Shown one piece after another: positions 1 to 13,547 of a stretch of DNA of 64,000 bases (positions are counted from its first letter, which is position 1; the number at the start of each line of letters is the position of its first letter). The notes under the pieces were generated by a model. The model saw nothing but the letters and a program-made list of their open reading frames with translations, searched no databases and had not been told where the DNA came from. Where the stretch lies: positions 608,001 through 672,000 of the forward strand of contig CAVXWP010000007.1 in the NCBI GenBank assembly GCA_963765495.1, in the 5' to 3' direction. The translations under genes were made by a program, and so were the position numbers. This DNA is from Blastocatellia bacterium (GTDB taxonomy: Bacteria; Acidobacteriota; Blastocatellia; UBA7656).

Positions 1-525
1 TGCCATGTTTCGAAGGGTGCTCGGATAGGCGAACGCTCCGTGCTTGGACAGAATGTTTTCGTAGCCGATGATGTTGTGATCGGCAACAACGTAAAGATTC
101 AAAACAACGTTTCGGTCTACACGGGCGTAACGCTTGAAGACGATGTGTTTTGCGGCCCCTCGTGTGTCTTTACAAACGTGATAAATCCCCGGTCGCAGAT
201 CGTGCGCCATCACCTGTACGAGCGTACGCTTGTGCGCCGGGGCGCAACCATCGGGGCCAATTCGACAATCGTATGCGGCGCAGTGATCGGGCGCTACGCA
301 TTTATAGGCGCGGGTGCCGTGGTGCGGGGAGACGCGCCCGATTACGCGCTGATGCTTGGTGTGCCCGCCACGCGCAAGGGATGGATGAGCAGACACGGTC
401 ATCGGCTGGGCGAGCCTGACGCGGATGGGGTAATGATTTGCCCGGAAAGCGGATGGCGATACAAAGAGACTGAACCGGGCGTGCTTCGCTGCCTCGACAA
501 ATCTGAGGATGAGCCGCTCTCTTAA
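1..525 (+). CDS. Hexapeptide-repeat sugar N-acetyltransferase (WbpD/WlbB-like), 5' truncated by the window edge
   Basis: Left-handed beta-helix repeats ([41 protein letters not shown]; [13 protein letters not shown]) and a C-terminal CPESG; the frame is open from base 1. Confidence 0.85.
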   Translation, partial: CHVSKGARIGERSVLGQNVFVADDVVIGNNVKIQNNVSVYTGVTLEDDVFCGPSCVFTNVINPRSQIVRHHLYERTLVRRGATIGANSTIVCGAVIGRYAFIGAGAVVRGDAPDYALMLGVPATRKGWMSRHGHRLGEPDADGVMICPESGWRYKETEPGVLRCLDKSEDEPLS

Positions 526-575
526 AAGTAAATGCGCCGAAGCGTTCTTTAGCAATCAACCGGGAGGAGAGCCCT

Positions 576-944
576 ATGGACAAAGGCGAGTTTCGCTTCG
601 TCTTCTTTGCCAGAGATTATGAGGCCTCGACAGCCTTTTACCGCGATGGTTTGCAGTTGCCCGTGATCGGAGGGTGGGACCGTTCAGCAGATGATCGCGG
701 TATGTTGTTCCAGGCGGCTTCGGGCATAATCGAAGTCATATTTGCAGGTGAAGGCGAATATGTGTCGCCTCAAGGGGCGTGGCTCTATTTTGAAGTGGAT
801 GATGTAGACCAGTGGTTTGAACGCGCTCAAAGCAAGGGGCTGACGATCAGAGATGAACCGGCCGATACATCCTGGGGCCATCGCAAATTCGCTCTAATTG
901 ATCCCGACGGGATCATAGTCTCTATGTTTTCCCCCATCAGATGA
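576..944 (+). CDS. VOC/glyoxalase family protein
   Basis: FYRDGL, LYFEVDDVD and WGHRKFALIDPDG motifs; GGAGG RBS upstream. Confidence 0.85.
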   Translation: MDKGEFRFVFFARDYEASTAFYRDGLQLPVIGGWDRSADDRGMLFQAASGIIEVIFAGEGEYVSPQGAWLYFEVDDVDQWFERAQSKGLTIRDEPADTSWGHRKFALIDPDGIIVSMFSPIR

Positions 945-963
945 GAGCCCGATTGAAGAATAC

Positions 964-1024
964 AGCGTAGCCACAAACAATCACGAATCACGGATGGGGA
1001 TTCGTGATTGTTTGTGGCTACGCT
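964..1024. terminator. Perfect 26-bp stem hairpin between convergent genes (terminator or REP-like)
   Basis: AGCGTAGCCACAAACAATCACGAATC - 9-nt loop - GATTCGTGATTGTTTGTGGCTACGCT. Confidence 0.7.
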
Positions 1025-1038
1025 TCGAATAAGCCATT

Positions 1039-1509
1039 TTAACTTGCGCTTAATCCTGCAGCCGGATGGCGATACTCCATTATGGCTTTGGCGTGATGTG
1101 AGTCATGCTCTATCAGCGTGTGGACCAGCTTCGCCGTCATGCGCTCGGGAGACCAGAGACCGCTGTCATCGGGCAGGTCGGTCAGAATGGCTAGCAATCG
1201 TTTGCGTACCTCGTAGAGTTCATGGCGATTCTCTTCGGGCGTGCGGTCCTTGCGCTTATCGGCCTCGACTTTGTTCCATGCATTGAAGTCGGTAATCTGA
1301 CCGATAGTGGGGCGCTCGCCCCTCGCCTTTTGCTCAAAAGCCTTTACCACTTCGCCTTCCCAGGCCGCCAGATGTCCCAGTACATCTTTGTATGACCACT
1401 TGCCTTCCTGCATTGGCTGTGACATCTCTTCATCACTCATCCCCTCGAGCGCCCTCATGACATTCTGACGCTCAGTGAGCAGCTTTTCTATATACTCTTG
1501 CTTATCCAT
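1039..1509 (-). CDS. DinB/ClbS-DfsB family four-helix bundle protein
   Basis: WSYKDVLGHLAAWE and C-terminal EHDSHH metal-binding histidines. Confidence 0.8.
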   Translation of the reverse strand: MDKQEYIEKLLTERQNVMRALEGMSDEEMSQPMQEGKWSYKDVLGHLAAWEGEVVKAFEQKARGERPTIGQITDFNAWNKVEADKRKDRTPEENRHELYEVRKRLLAILTDLPDDSGLWSPERMTAKLVHTLIEHDSHHAKAIMEYRHPAAGLSAS

Positions 1510-1553
1510 TCACTTGCCTGCCTTTCTTAATAAAAGAGTCTAACGCCTGACTC

Positions 1554-2543
1554 TCAGGGCCGATTGGCATTGGCAGCCGGGCGGTTAGCGTTCGAGTTGG
1601 CTGTCGGTGGTGTCATAGGCGTTTCGCCCCCCTGTTGTCTCAGGGTTTGAGCGAGCACCTGGACGAAGGTGACAAAACTCTGGACCTGCTGTTTCAACTC
1701 CTGTGTGCTGACTTTTTTCATATCCGTCGGGACATCAAACAGAGTCGGGCTCGGATTCAAATTGATGTCACGAGTCTCGACCGCGATTCGCGCGGTCGCT
1801 CCGCTTGTTGTGCTGAGGTTTATGTCTGCGCGCAGTGGAAGGCTGGTATCCTGATCTACGTAAACGAAGCTGTCGGCCTGAACGGTCCCTGCCTGAGTGC
1901 CGGTTGCCTTCTCTCCCGCGAAACGGTACTTGGTTGCCGTGCGCCCGTTGATTGTTTCAGTCCCGAGCGATTCATATTGAGCGTGCGGTTTCAGATGTTC
2001 GACCATGGCGGTTGGGGTCAATACGTCGCCGAGGCGGAATCCAAGCTCTTCGGGCGCTAGCTGCACATACTGGTTGCGCGCAGGCGTGATCAGATATTTT
2101 TGACCGGCTTTCTCAAGATAAGTTACTTGTCCGATGGCCGGAAGAGTGATCCCCCACCGGTAATCAGTTCCCATCTTCGCATAATCTATCTGCTGCGGAG
2201 GTAACTCTCTTTGCTGATTATTGGCCGAGCCGATCCCGCTGATGGTGAGCGTCAGGCTATAGTTTTGCGGCTCTTTTGCCGATTCGAAAGGCGATGCGGT
2301 GGTCGCGCCCGTCTCGGTATTGGAATTCGTGTTTGTGACGGCTGCGCCGTTTAGATTGGCGTTGGTGTTTGCGTTTGAATTAGAAGTCTCCGTAGAGCAT
2401 CCAAACGATGCCAGCGCGAGAACCGAGATTACGAGCGCAGCGACCATCACCCGGGTGTTTAACATGCCGGTTGTCAGGCGGGTCTTTGTATTTATGCCGT
2501 TCAGTGAACGGGAAGTTGTGGTAATCGGATGATTGTTGAGCAT
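1554..2543 (-). CDS. Putative lipoprotein (LolA-like beta fold possible)
   Basis: Hydrophobic stretch ending LASFGC (lipobox-like), Asn-rich linker, LGTETINGRTATKYRF and LFDVP motifs; the real start may be downstream. Confidence 0.55.
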   Translation of the reverse strand: MLNNHPITTTSRSLNGINTKTRLTTGMLNTRVMVAALVISVLALASFGCSTETSNSNANTNANLNGAAVTNTNSNTETGATTASPFESAKEPQNYSLTLTISGIGSANNQQRELPPQQIDYAKMGTDYRWGITLPAIGQVTYLEKAGQKYLITPARNQYVQLAPEELGFRLGDVLTPTAMVEHLKPHAQYESLGTETINGRTATKYRFAGEKATGTQAGTVQADSFVYVDQDTSLPLRADINLSTTSGATARIAVETRDINLNPSPTLFDVPTDMKKVSTQELKQQVQSFVTFVQVLAQTLRQQGGETPMTPPTANSNANRPAANANRP

Positions 2544-2576
2544 TTGATCCTCCAGTGCGGCGCTTCGCCGCGCAAG

Positions 2577-3884
2577 TTAAAATAAGCGACGAACGTCCAC
2601 CTGAATTTGCGGATTGCGCATGTTACCCGTGATGCTGACGGGGATCGAAACGCGACTGTTTTTCTCAAGCAGCGTAACGGCGAAACCTATCAACGGGCTC
2701 GTTGTCTTCACTCTGGCCGTAGCATCGTTCGACAGCAGAACCGTCGCGTTATAATTGACTACAAGCGCAGATTCGACTTTGAACCAGCCCTGATCGGCTG
2801 TGGCATCGCCCAGCCCGTCGAGTTCCTGTATGCGCAGATTTGTTGTGTTGATCAGACTGTCGGCTATCTGGAAATCGGTCTGTATCTCACCAATATTAGT
2901 GCCCGTATCCATGTTGCCAATCTGCTCTATCTGAAGCGCTTTCGCCACCTCCTGGCTCAGATTGATGCTCTGTATAAATACGGCATTTGATGTAATGTGA
3001 CCGTTGCCGCCCAGAGACGGATTTGATCCTGGCGCGCGATTGGCGCTGATCTGACCGCTTGCGCCGAAGGCTTCGGCGTTGAAATTTTTTGTATGGAAAG
3101 GCCCCGGACCTATTGATCCGTTAACGGAAAGAATGGCGGGCGTGCTTCGATCTATTACGATGTCGAAGGGGATTTGCGCGTTGAGCTGATCGGTCCCTTC
3201 TGCGGCGGCGTCCGATTGCGCTAGCAACTCGCCTTTGACGTGACTGCTGCCGGGCGAGTTGTCTGTAACCGGATTGATCCAGGCATTCAAAGCTATGTTT
3301 CGATAGAGAGATTCCGGAGCCTGTACATCGGTTTTATCCAGGAATCTGACGGAGGCGTTCTCGATAGCGATCTGGCTAAAGCTGGCGTTTGAAAGGTTCG
3401 CATCCAGCCCACCCAACAGCCCGGCAAGCAGGGCGGGCCCGCCCTGAACCGATGGCGCGGCAGATGTGGTTGAAGTATCGGATCCCGGTTGACCTATGGT
3501 AGTCCAACTCCACACACCGTTATTGTTTTTTACAAACGTGAAATCGGGCGACTTGATAGAGAGCTTATCAATGACGAGCTGGCGGTGAAAGAGGAACTGT
3601 TTGATAGAGAAATCAGCCCTGACTTCGTCAGCCTTTAGAAATTCGCCGTCTCCGAATGCCGAATCTTCTTTTGCGCTCATGCCCCGGATAGTAAAGTAGG
3701 GGCCGCCCATAAAGCTGAGGCGCATTGATGCGATAGAGACTTTTCGACCAAGCAATGTTGAGAGCCGGGCCTCCACTTTAGATTGCAGAGGCGCAAGTGG
3801 GATAAGAGGCGCGAGCAAAACAGGCAGGGCCAGAAGAACTATAAAGATCAGTAGGCGAAAAAGACAGCTTCTAGATTTTGCCAT
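2577..3884 (-). CDS. AsmA family protein
   Basis: N-terminal TM anchor, LSTLLGRKVSI, FTFVKNNNGVWSW, C-terminal IPVSITGNMRNPQI. Confidence 0.75.
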   Translation of the reverse strand: MAKSRSCLFRLLIFIVLLALPVLLAPLIPLAPLQSKVEARLSTLLGRKVSIASMRLSFMGGPYFTIRGMSAKEDSAFGDGEFLKADEVRADFSIKQFLFHRQLVIDKLSIKSPDFTFVKNNNGVWSWTTIGQPGSDTSTTSAAPSVQGGPALLAGLLGGLDANLSNASFSQIAIENASVRFLDKTDVQAPESLYRNIALNAWINPVTDNSPGSSHVKGELLAQSDAAAEGTDQLNAQIPFDIVIDRSTPAILSVNGSIGPGPFHTKNFNAEAFGASGQISANRAPGSNPSLGGNGHITSNAVFIQSINLSQEVAKALQIEQIGNMDTGTNIGEIQTDFQIADSLINTTNLRIQELDGLGDATADQGWFKVESALVVNYNATVLLSNDATARVKTTSPLIGFAVTLLEKNSRVSIPVSITGNMRNPQIQVDVRRLF

Positions 3885-3986
3885 CAACCCTCACAAAATC
3901 TCCAAGCGAAACACCTATATATGCTACTTTGTGAAAGCCGACAGCGCAAGCAATTAAAAATTATCCAGGCGTGGTTATTGGAAAAC

Positions 3987-4016
3987 TTGACAATGAAACT
4001 CTCAGACCGATATATT
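3987..4016 (+). promoter_or_regulatory. Sigma70-type promoter for tRNA-Gln
   Basis: TTGACA (3987-3992), 18-nt spacer, TATATT (4011-4016), 13 nt before the tRNA. Confidence 0.6.
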
Positions 4017-4029
4017 TCCCTACCGTTGC

Positions 4030-4103
4030 TGGGAGGTCGTTCAACGGTAGGACAGCAGACTCTGGATCTGCTTATCGGGGTTCAAATCCCTGCCTCCCAG
4101 CCA
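4030..4103 (+). tRNA. tRNA-Gln (anticodon CTG)
   Basis: Acceptor stem TGGGAGG/CCTCCCA, anticodon arm GCAGA-CTCTGGA-TCTGC, T-loop GGTTCAAATCC, encoded CCA. Confidence 0.95.
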
Positions 4104-4182
4104 TTATTATCAACGGTTTAGGAGCCACCACCGCGTGGCCTTTTCCTTTTTGTGCGCGGATCGTGCGCCGATTCACGCTTTC

Positions 4183-5109
4183 TTAAAGTTCAAGGTTGCT
4201 GCGAAGCCTGGCGATGTCACGTTGCGGCGGAGCGCCGAAATGCTTCTTGTATTCGCGGCTGAAGTACGACGGATCTTCGTAGCCCACGCGGATTGCGGCG
4301 CTCGCAGCGTCCAGGTCCTCGCCAAGCATCAGGCGGCGTGCTTCCTGGAGCCGTATCTGTTTCTGGAATTGCAACGGGCTCATCGCCGTGACCGACTTGA
4401 AGTGATGGTGGAAGCCCGAGACGCTCATCCCGAGCTCGCGTGCCATGTCTTCGATTTTAAGCGGCTCATCGAAGTTTTCGCGCAAACGCCCGATCGCCTT
4501 GGATATGCGGCGGGTTTCCCCGGCCGAAGCCAGCAGGTGGCCGAGCCGCGCACCCTGGCCCCCCGCCAGGAGGCGGTAGACGATTTCTCTGATGGTGAGC
4601 AGCGCGAGGAATGTGCGCTCTCCCGGCGCATCGAGCAGACGCACCAGCCTGACGACCGCGTCAAGCATATCGGCGTCGATCGGACTGACGGCTATCGCCC
4701 TTACGCTCGCGTCACTCTTCTTTGATTCCACGCCGGACTCCATCAGGACCGAGGCGACGAGGGACGGGTCGAGGTTCAGCCGGAGGCCGAGGTAAGGTCT
4801 TTCCTTCGACGCCTCTTCTACCTGGAAGATGACCGGCAAATCGACCGTGAAGATCAAGTAGTGTCCCGGGTCGTACCGGAACAGTTCCTCGCCCAAAAGA
4901 ACTTGCTTGCTGCCCTGAACAACAAAGCAAAAGGCAGGCTGGTAAACGGACTGTACCGATTCGATCGGCTTCGATGAACGGGCGAGGGAAAAACCGGGGA
5001 AGGCCTCCATCGCTCCGTCTTCGGGAAGGGCGGTCGCCATCCGCTCGACCAGTTCCTCTCTGATGCTTTGCATCCTTTGCGCCTCGCCTTTCACTTCTCG
5101 ACGGTTCAT
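4183..5109 (-). CDS. AraC family regulator (YqhC-like, AraC_N domain)
   Basis: PAFCFVVQGSK, HHFKSVTAMSPLQFQKQIRLQEARRL, VGYEDPSYFSREY. Confidence 0.92.
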   Translation of the reverse strand: MNRREVKGEAQRMQSIREELVERMATALPEDGAMEAFPGFSLARSSKPIESVQSVYQPAFCFVVQGSKQVLLGEELFRYDPGHYLIFTVDLPVIFQVEEASKERPYLGLRLNLDPSLVASVLMESGVESKKSDASVRAIAVSPIDADMLDAVVRLVRLLDAPGERTFLALLTIREIVYRLLAGGQGARLGHLLASAGETRRISKAIGRLRENFDEPLKIEDMARELGMSVSGFHHHFKSVTAMSPLQFQKQIRLQEARRLMLGEDLDAASAAIRVGYEDPSYFSREYKKHFGAPPQRDIARLRSNLEL

Positions 5110-5154
5110 AAACTCATATTAGCCTCCTCGTTTCCAATCGTCACGTCGCATGTT

Positions 5155-5226
5155 GAGTTTTTGCAGGATTATACAATTATTCGCGAGGATCCTCACTGCC
5201 GCCTTATATCCCATAGCTCTTATAAT
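5155..5226 (+). promoter_or_regulatory. Putative AraC-activated promoter with tandem half-sites and a -10 box
   Basis: AGGAT at 5165 and 5186 (21-bp spacing) and TATAAT at 5221; the layout is conserved at 22469/22490/22524 in the paralogous module. Confidence 0.55.
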
Positions 5227-5284
5227 TAACATCAGACAGGGGGATAGTGGGTGAGCAGACTTCGTGGCAAACAGGAGCAAGGTT

Positions 5285-6031
5285 ATGAGCGATAACATCG
5301 AAGGTAAGGTGGTGGTCATCACGGGCGCGAGCAGCGGGCTTGGCGAGGCGACGGCCCGATTGCTATCCGCAGAGGGCGCGAGCGTCGTGCTGGGCGCTCG
5401 GCGCGTCGAGCGCATCAAGTCACTGGCCGACGAGTTGACCAACAGCGGCGGCAAGGCGTTCGCTGTTACGACAGACGTTACCCGGTTCGACCAGATGAAG
5501 AGATTGGTTGACGCTGCTGTAGAGACCTACGGGCGTATCGACGTCATGCTTAACAACGCCGGGCTGATGCCGCACTCGCCGCTCGAACGCCTCAAGGTCG
5601 AAGACTGGGAGCAGATGATCGACGTCAACATCAAGGGCGTGCTCTACGGCATCGCTGCGGCGCTCCCGTACATGAAGGAGCAGAAGTCGGGGCACTTCAT
5701 TAACGTCTCTTCCGTGGCCGGCCACAAGGTGCGCCCCGGCGGCGTGGTCTATGCGGCGACCAAGCACGCCGTGCGCGCAATCTCGGAAGGGCTGCGGATG
5801 GAGGTGAAGCCCTACAACATCCGCACGACGGTGATCTCGCCGGGCGCTGTTGCCACGGAACTCGTTGACAGGATCACCGAGCCGGATATTCGGGAGGGCA
5901 TCCGCAAGATGACCGCCGAGATGGCGCTACCCGCCGAGACGTTCGCGCGCATGGTCGCCTTCGCCATGAGCCAGCCGGAGGAGGTGGACGTTAACGAGAT
6001 ACTGTTCCGGCCAACCCGTCAAGAATTGTAA
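5285..6031 (+). CDS. SDR family oxidoreductase
   Basis: [12 protein letters not shown] and YAATK catalytic motif. Confidence 0.92.
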   Translation: MSDNIEGKVVVITGASSGLGEATARLLSAEGASVVLGARRVERIKSLADELTNSGGKAFAVTTDVTRFDQMKRLVDAAVETYGRIDVMLNNAGLMPHSPLERLKVEDWEQMIDVNIKGVLYGIAAALPYMKEQKSGHFINVSSVAGHKVRPGGVVYAATKHAVRAISEGLRMEVKPYNIRTTVISPGAVATELVDRITEPDIREGIRKMTAEMALPAETFARMVAFAMSQPEEVDVNEILFRPTRQEL

Positions 6032-6099
6032 CCACAGTGAGTAGCGCAAATTGAGAATAGTCTTTCCAGGTTTTGAAAAGAAGATCTGATTTTCATCCC

Positions 6100-8855
<2,756 letters not shown>

Positions 8856-8927
8856 TAGCATTTTGAAGTGGGCAGAATGGTCTTGGGGCGACACCGCCAG
8901 GACCATCTAACTCCGCAGGGGCAAGGT

Positions 8928-8975
8928 GTGGACGTTAACGAAATCCAGTTCCGCCCCACGCGCCAGGAGCTGTAA
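8928..8975 (+). pseudogene. Orphan 3' end of an SDR gene
   Basis: Reads [15 protein letters not shown], versus [15 protein letters not shown] at 5984-6031. Confidence 0.75.
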
Positions 8976-9033
8976 GTACCTCTGTTTGCCGTGGGAGGGT
9001 TCCGCCTATATTCACCGAATCGAAAGGATCGAA

Positions 9034-9504
9034 ATGAAACTGCTTGCCGCAACGGCTATAACGCTTTCTCTGTTTGCCTCGGCGTTCGCCCAGACGAATC
9101 AGGCGGAGGCCGCCGCGAGTCCCGGCGTCGCCCAGGCTCCGGGCTCGCAGTCAATCAGGATCACTCGCGGCGGCTCGCAGCCCTCCCGGAAGGGACCGGC
9201 CGAGAACTTCACCGGCTCCGTGCGCGTCGCCCCCAAGTTGGCCGAACTGACTGACGACGTGCTGTACGGCGACGTCTGGGAACGTCCGCAGCTGTCGAAA
9301 CGTGACCGAAGCCTGGTGACGGTGGCCGCGCTGATCGCCTTGAACCGTCCAGACCATCTCCGGTCTCACCTCGTCAAGGCGCGCGAAAACGGCGTGACCG
9401 AGGAGGAGTTGATCGAGACGATCACTCACCTGGCGTTTTACGCGGGCTGGCCTAACGCGGTAACTGCCATCGGCGTTGCAAGGGAAGTTTTCGAGAAGAA
9501 GTGA
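9034..9504 (+). CDS. Carboxymuconolactone decarboxylase (CMD) family protein with a signal peptide and a cupin-derived N-terminal stub (likely chimera)
   Basis: Signal peptide, then ITRGGSQPSRKGPAENFTGSVRV (typical cupin N-terminus) joined to APKLAELTDDVLYGDVWERPQLSKRDRSLVTVAAL...HLAFYAGWP. Confidence 0.7.
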   Translation: MKLLAATAITLSLFASAFAQTNQAEAAASPGVAQAPGSQSIRITRGGSQPSRKGPAENFTGSVRVAPKLAELTDDVLYGDVWERPQLSKRDRSLVTVAALIALNRPDHLRSHLVKARENGVTEEELIETITHLAFYAGWPNAVTAIGVAREVFEKK

Positions 9505-9602
9505 GTTAAGGAGAGCACATCGAAGGAGGAATAATGCAAAAGCAGGAACCCGGAAAGAGCAAGCTGAACTTCTCGCCCCTTGTGGGCACTGGGGCAACTT
9601 CT

Positions 9603-10785
<1,183 letters not shown>

Positions 10786-11145
10786 GACAAGGCATTAGCG
10801 GCGGAAGAACTGAGTGAACGTAAACCAGATCGATTTAGCATGAGGAGATAAATTCACGGAGATCTTTCCAGCACTGCTCATTTATGGAATAGCGAAGATG
10901 AGATTGCTCGCCGGCGGCCAGAGTCATCACGCCATCGTCAAGCCTCTGACCAGCGGCATTGTAACCATGCTCTTGTCTGTGTTGAGCTAGCGCCTGTCTT
11001 TTGTGCACCAGTTGTGCGCCAAGGCAGTCGCACAGGATGAAACTGGACGGCACAGGAGTGAAGAAAACGGGTTCGAAAGGCGCAACGGAATCAAAGGAAA
11101 GAGAGCAGGATTGCACCCACTGAAACGAGACAAAACAGGTCCGGG

Positions 11146-11212
11146 GCAGACTCGGGATCTGCTCGCTCGGGGTTCGCCTACCTGCCTCCCAGCCATTATT
11201 ATCAAGGGTTTA
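11146..11212 (+). repeat. attR-like degenerate copy of the tRNA-Gln 3' portion
   Basis: GCAGACTCGGGATCTGCTCGCTCGGGGTTCGCCTACCTGCCTCCCAGCCATTATTATCAA versus tRNA GCAGACTCTGGATCTGCTTATCGGGGTTCAAATCCCTGCCTCCCAGCCATTATTATCAA. Confidence 0.85.
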
Positions 11213-11241
11213 AGGCCATCGAAAGGTGGCCCTTTTCATTT
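11212..11241 (+). terminator. Rho-independent terminator-like hairpin after the att copy
   Basis: GGCCATC-GAAA-GGTGGCC followed by CTTTTCATTT. Confidence 0.55.
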
Positions 11242-11339
11242 CAAAAATACAGTTTAATTTGCGCGTATTGAGCACTTGCACTAGACTAACTGACTGCGCT
11301 AATCGAGTTTTTTGAGAATCAAAGCAAGAGAGGTAACTT

Positions 11340-12254
11340 ATGAGCGATAAATCGGGTCTGGCCTCTTCGGCCAGGACCAATAATCCGTCAATGATTGATG
11401 TATCGGAACTGGCCGCATCTGTTGGCGAAGCGCGACGCGAACTTCTCAACGAGGTCAAGCAGAGGCGCGATGTAATCAAGCCGCTTGAGCAGGCGTTGCG
11501 CGCGCTTAAAGACCCGCATGGAAACGCCGTTGCGCTTTATGAAGCGAGCGTGCTGCTCGAAAAACCGCCCGAAGAATTGACTCTGCCGGAAGGGTACACC
11601 CGGTTTGTGGCCGAGTTGCGCTCGCTCGCGGATGCCCAACTCTCCGAGCTTGAGTTTACATTTGCCCGCGACCTGCGCGCTGCCTTCAAGGAAAAGGGTG
11701 TTAAGCTTGAAGGTCCACCTTCGGAATTGATCAGCGATCTCTTTGTTATCAAACCTGATTTACGCAAGAAACAGGTGCAAATGACATTTTCACGCCAGCC
11801 CGTCACCGGCAAGAAAATCAAGCTCGATGTGGATCAGGTAGTATCTGCTTACGAGCGAGCGCGGCGAGAAATCTGTGAGCGCAAGGTTGATCCTGACAAA
11901 CTCCTGGCGGAGATTTTCGAAGCCTACGAGCGCACCCTCAAACTCACAGGGAAACAGATGGGCGCGCGCGCAAGCATAGTCGATTGTTATCGTGAACTCG
12001 TACTGGTTCGCCAGCCGCTCGGTTTTCGCAAGGCTCCGTCGAAACTCAGCTTCGTCGATTATCCCAAGACTCATTTCGCTTACGACATGCTCGAACTGCG
12101 CCGCCGACATAAGCTTACGCACCAGGGACATCGCCTTAACCTCGGCACCGCAACCATCGATGTGGGCAGCGACACCACCCGCGCCATGTTCTTAGCGACA
12201 GGCGCAACCGAGGGCCAGTTCATTAAAGATATTTACTTCACACGGGAGAAATAG
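11340..12254 (+). CDS. Hypothetical protein, first gene of the ATPase-ATPase-helicase operon
   Basis: 304-aa ORF with a GAGG RBS and helical N-half; its stop codon abuts the next gene (TAGTGATG); no family recognised. Confidence 0.75.
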   Translation: MSDKSGLASSARTNNPSMIDVSELAASVGEARRELLNEVKQRRDVIKPLEQALRALKDPHGNAVALYEASVLLEKPPEELTLPEGYTRFVAELRSLADAQLSELEFTFARDLRAAFKEKGVKLEGPPSELISDLFVIKPDLRKKQVQMTFSRQPVTGKKIKLDVDQVVSAYERARREICERKVDPDKLLAEIFEAYERTLKLTGKQMGARASIVDCYRELVLVRQPLGFRKAPSKLSFVDYPKTHFAYDMLELRRRHKLTHQGHRLNLGTATIDVGSDTTRAMFLATGATEGQFIKDIYFTREK

Positions 12255-12256
12255 TG

Positions 12257-13540
12257 ATGACACTCACGCAGCAGGAAGCGCAGCACGTGGTGCGCAAACT
12301 GGGCGAATCCGGCATCCCGCCTACACGAGGACTCGAAGCGTATAGTGTAGGGCTGGATTCGCTGCTTGAAACGCTCGAAAGCGAATATTTATGTGGTTAC
12401 CTCAAAGACGGCGGCTCAAGTTTCAAACTTGTAGTCGGCGAATATGGCAGCGGCAAATCACATTTTCTCTATCGTCTCAGGGACAAGGCGTGGGAGAGCG
12501 GATACGTCGTCAGCCGCACCGAATTGAGTCCGAAAGAATGCCCTTATGACAATCAACTGAAAGTCTATCAAGCAATCGTAAGCAACCTGATTTCTCACAG
12601 CCGTGACCCAAACGTCGAAGATACTCAAGGTATCGAGGCTTTCCTCGAGAGCCATTTCTTTCATACTCTGAACACACTTGGAGTCGAGCAGCCCGTCACA
12701 TCGATCGGGCTGGATCTGCGCGTCAAGCTGTGGCTGGAGACGATTCTGCGATTCAAGGTCGAAAGTCCTTCATACCGTCACGCGGTCTATTTTTACTTGC
12801 AGGCCGTGGCCGAGGAGAACGAGGCCAATAAGAGGCTCATTAGCGCCTGGCTGCGTGGCGAAGCAATATCTCTTAGAGATGTGCGCGAGTTCAGCATTAC
12901 CGAAAGAATGGATCGCTCAGTCGCTTTCAAGATGCTGCGGTCGCTTTCGCAGTTGATACATGAGTTTGGTTATGTCGGGCTTGTCCTCTTATTCGACGAA
13001 GGTGATCGCATGGTCAGCATCAGTTCATCGCGCTCCGAAAAGATCGCTTGCGACAACTTGCGCGAGGTCATCGACCGGTGCGCCGGGGAGAGTCTACCCT
13101 CAACGATGTTCGTCTATGCGGTCCCTCCTTATTTCGTCAGCAATATCGCGCCCCAGTATGAAGCGCTCAGCCAGAGAATCAGTTCCAAAGTAAAATTCTC
13201 GCGCAAAAACCCTTTCAGCGTGCAGATCAGCCTCGACCAGCTAGATTATCCGGGCGAGAAACTGCTGACGTTGATAGGCGAGAAACTGCTGGGCGTTTTC
13301 GAGACTGCTTATGACGTTAAATTTGACCGCGAGATTCAGACTCAAAATATCGCCGGACTGGCCCAGTCCTGTGCCTCTCTACTTTCAACCAGCCACCGCC
13401 GCCATTTTGTGAAATCGCTGATAAATATATTGACCGAACAGCACGTCGAGGGCGAAAAGCTTTACGAAGCCGATAGCGTGCAAGGCATAGTGCGGCAGGT
13501 GACTGAACAACTGGGCCGCTCCGAAGGGGGAGAGTATTAA
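12257..13540 (+). CDS. BrxD/DUF2791-type P-loop ATPase (copy 1)
   Basis: KLGESGIPP...YSVGL N-terminus, Walker A VVGEYGSGKSH, YQAIVSNL, Walker B GLVLLFDEGD, NLREVID and YEALSQRI, all typical of DUF2791/BrxD. Confidence 0.82.
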   Translation: MTLTQQEAQHVVRKLGESGIPPTRGLEAYSVGLDSLLETLESEYLCGYLKDGGSSFKLVVGEYGSGKSHFLYRLRDKAWESGYVVSRTELSPKECPYDNQLKVYQAIVSNLISHSRDPNVEDTQGIEAFLESHFFHTLNTLGVEQPVTSIGLDLRVKLWLETILRFKVESPSYRHAVYFYLQAVAEENEANKRLISAWLRGEAISLRDVREFSITERMDRSVAFKMLRSLSQLIHEFGYVGLVLLFDEGDRMVSISSSRSEKIACDNLREVIDRCAGESLPSTMFVYAVPPYFVSNIAPQYEALSQRISSKVKFSRKNPFSVQISLDQLDYPGEKLLTLIGEKLLGVFETAYDVKFDREIQTQNIAGLAQSCASLLSTSHRRHFVKSLINILTEQHVEGEKLYEADSVQGIVRQVTEQLGRSEGGEY

Positions 13541-13547
13541 TTCCGTT

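Noticed and set aside
4135-4725. Antisense ORFs conserved in both AraC copies (also 21454-21873)
   Set aside because: Their similarity is explained by conservation of the AraC coding strand.
10835-11116. Small minus-strand ORF as an integrase or excisionase remnant
   Set aside because: No tyrosine-recombinase (R..HxxR..Y) or HTH motif is recognisable, so it cannot be supported.
11146-11195. A second functional tRNA (apparent CGG anticodon)
   Set aside because: It lacks the 5' acceptor strand and D-arm and has a disrupted T-loop; it is an att-type remnant.
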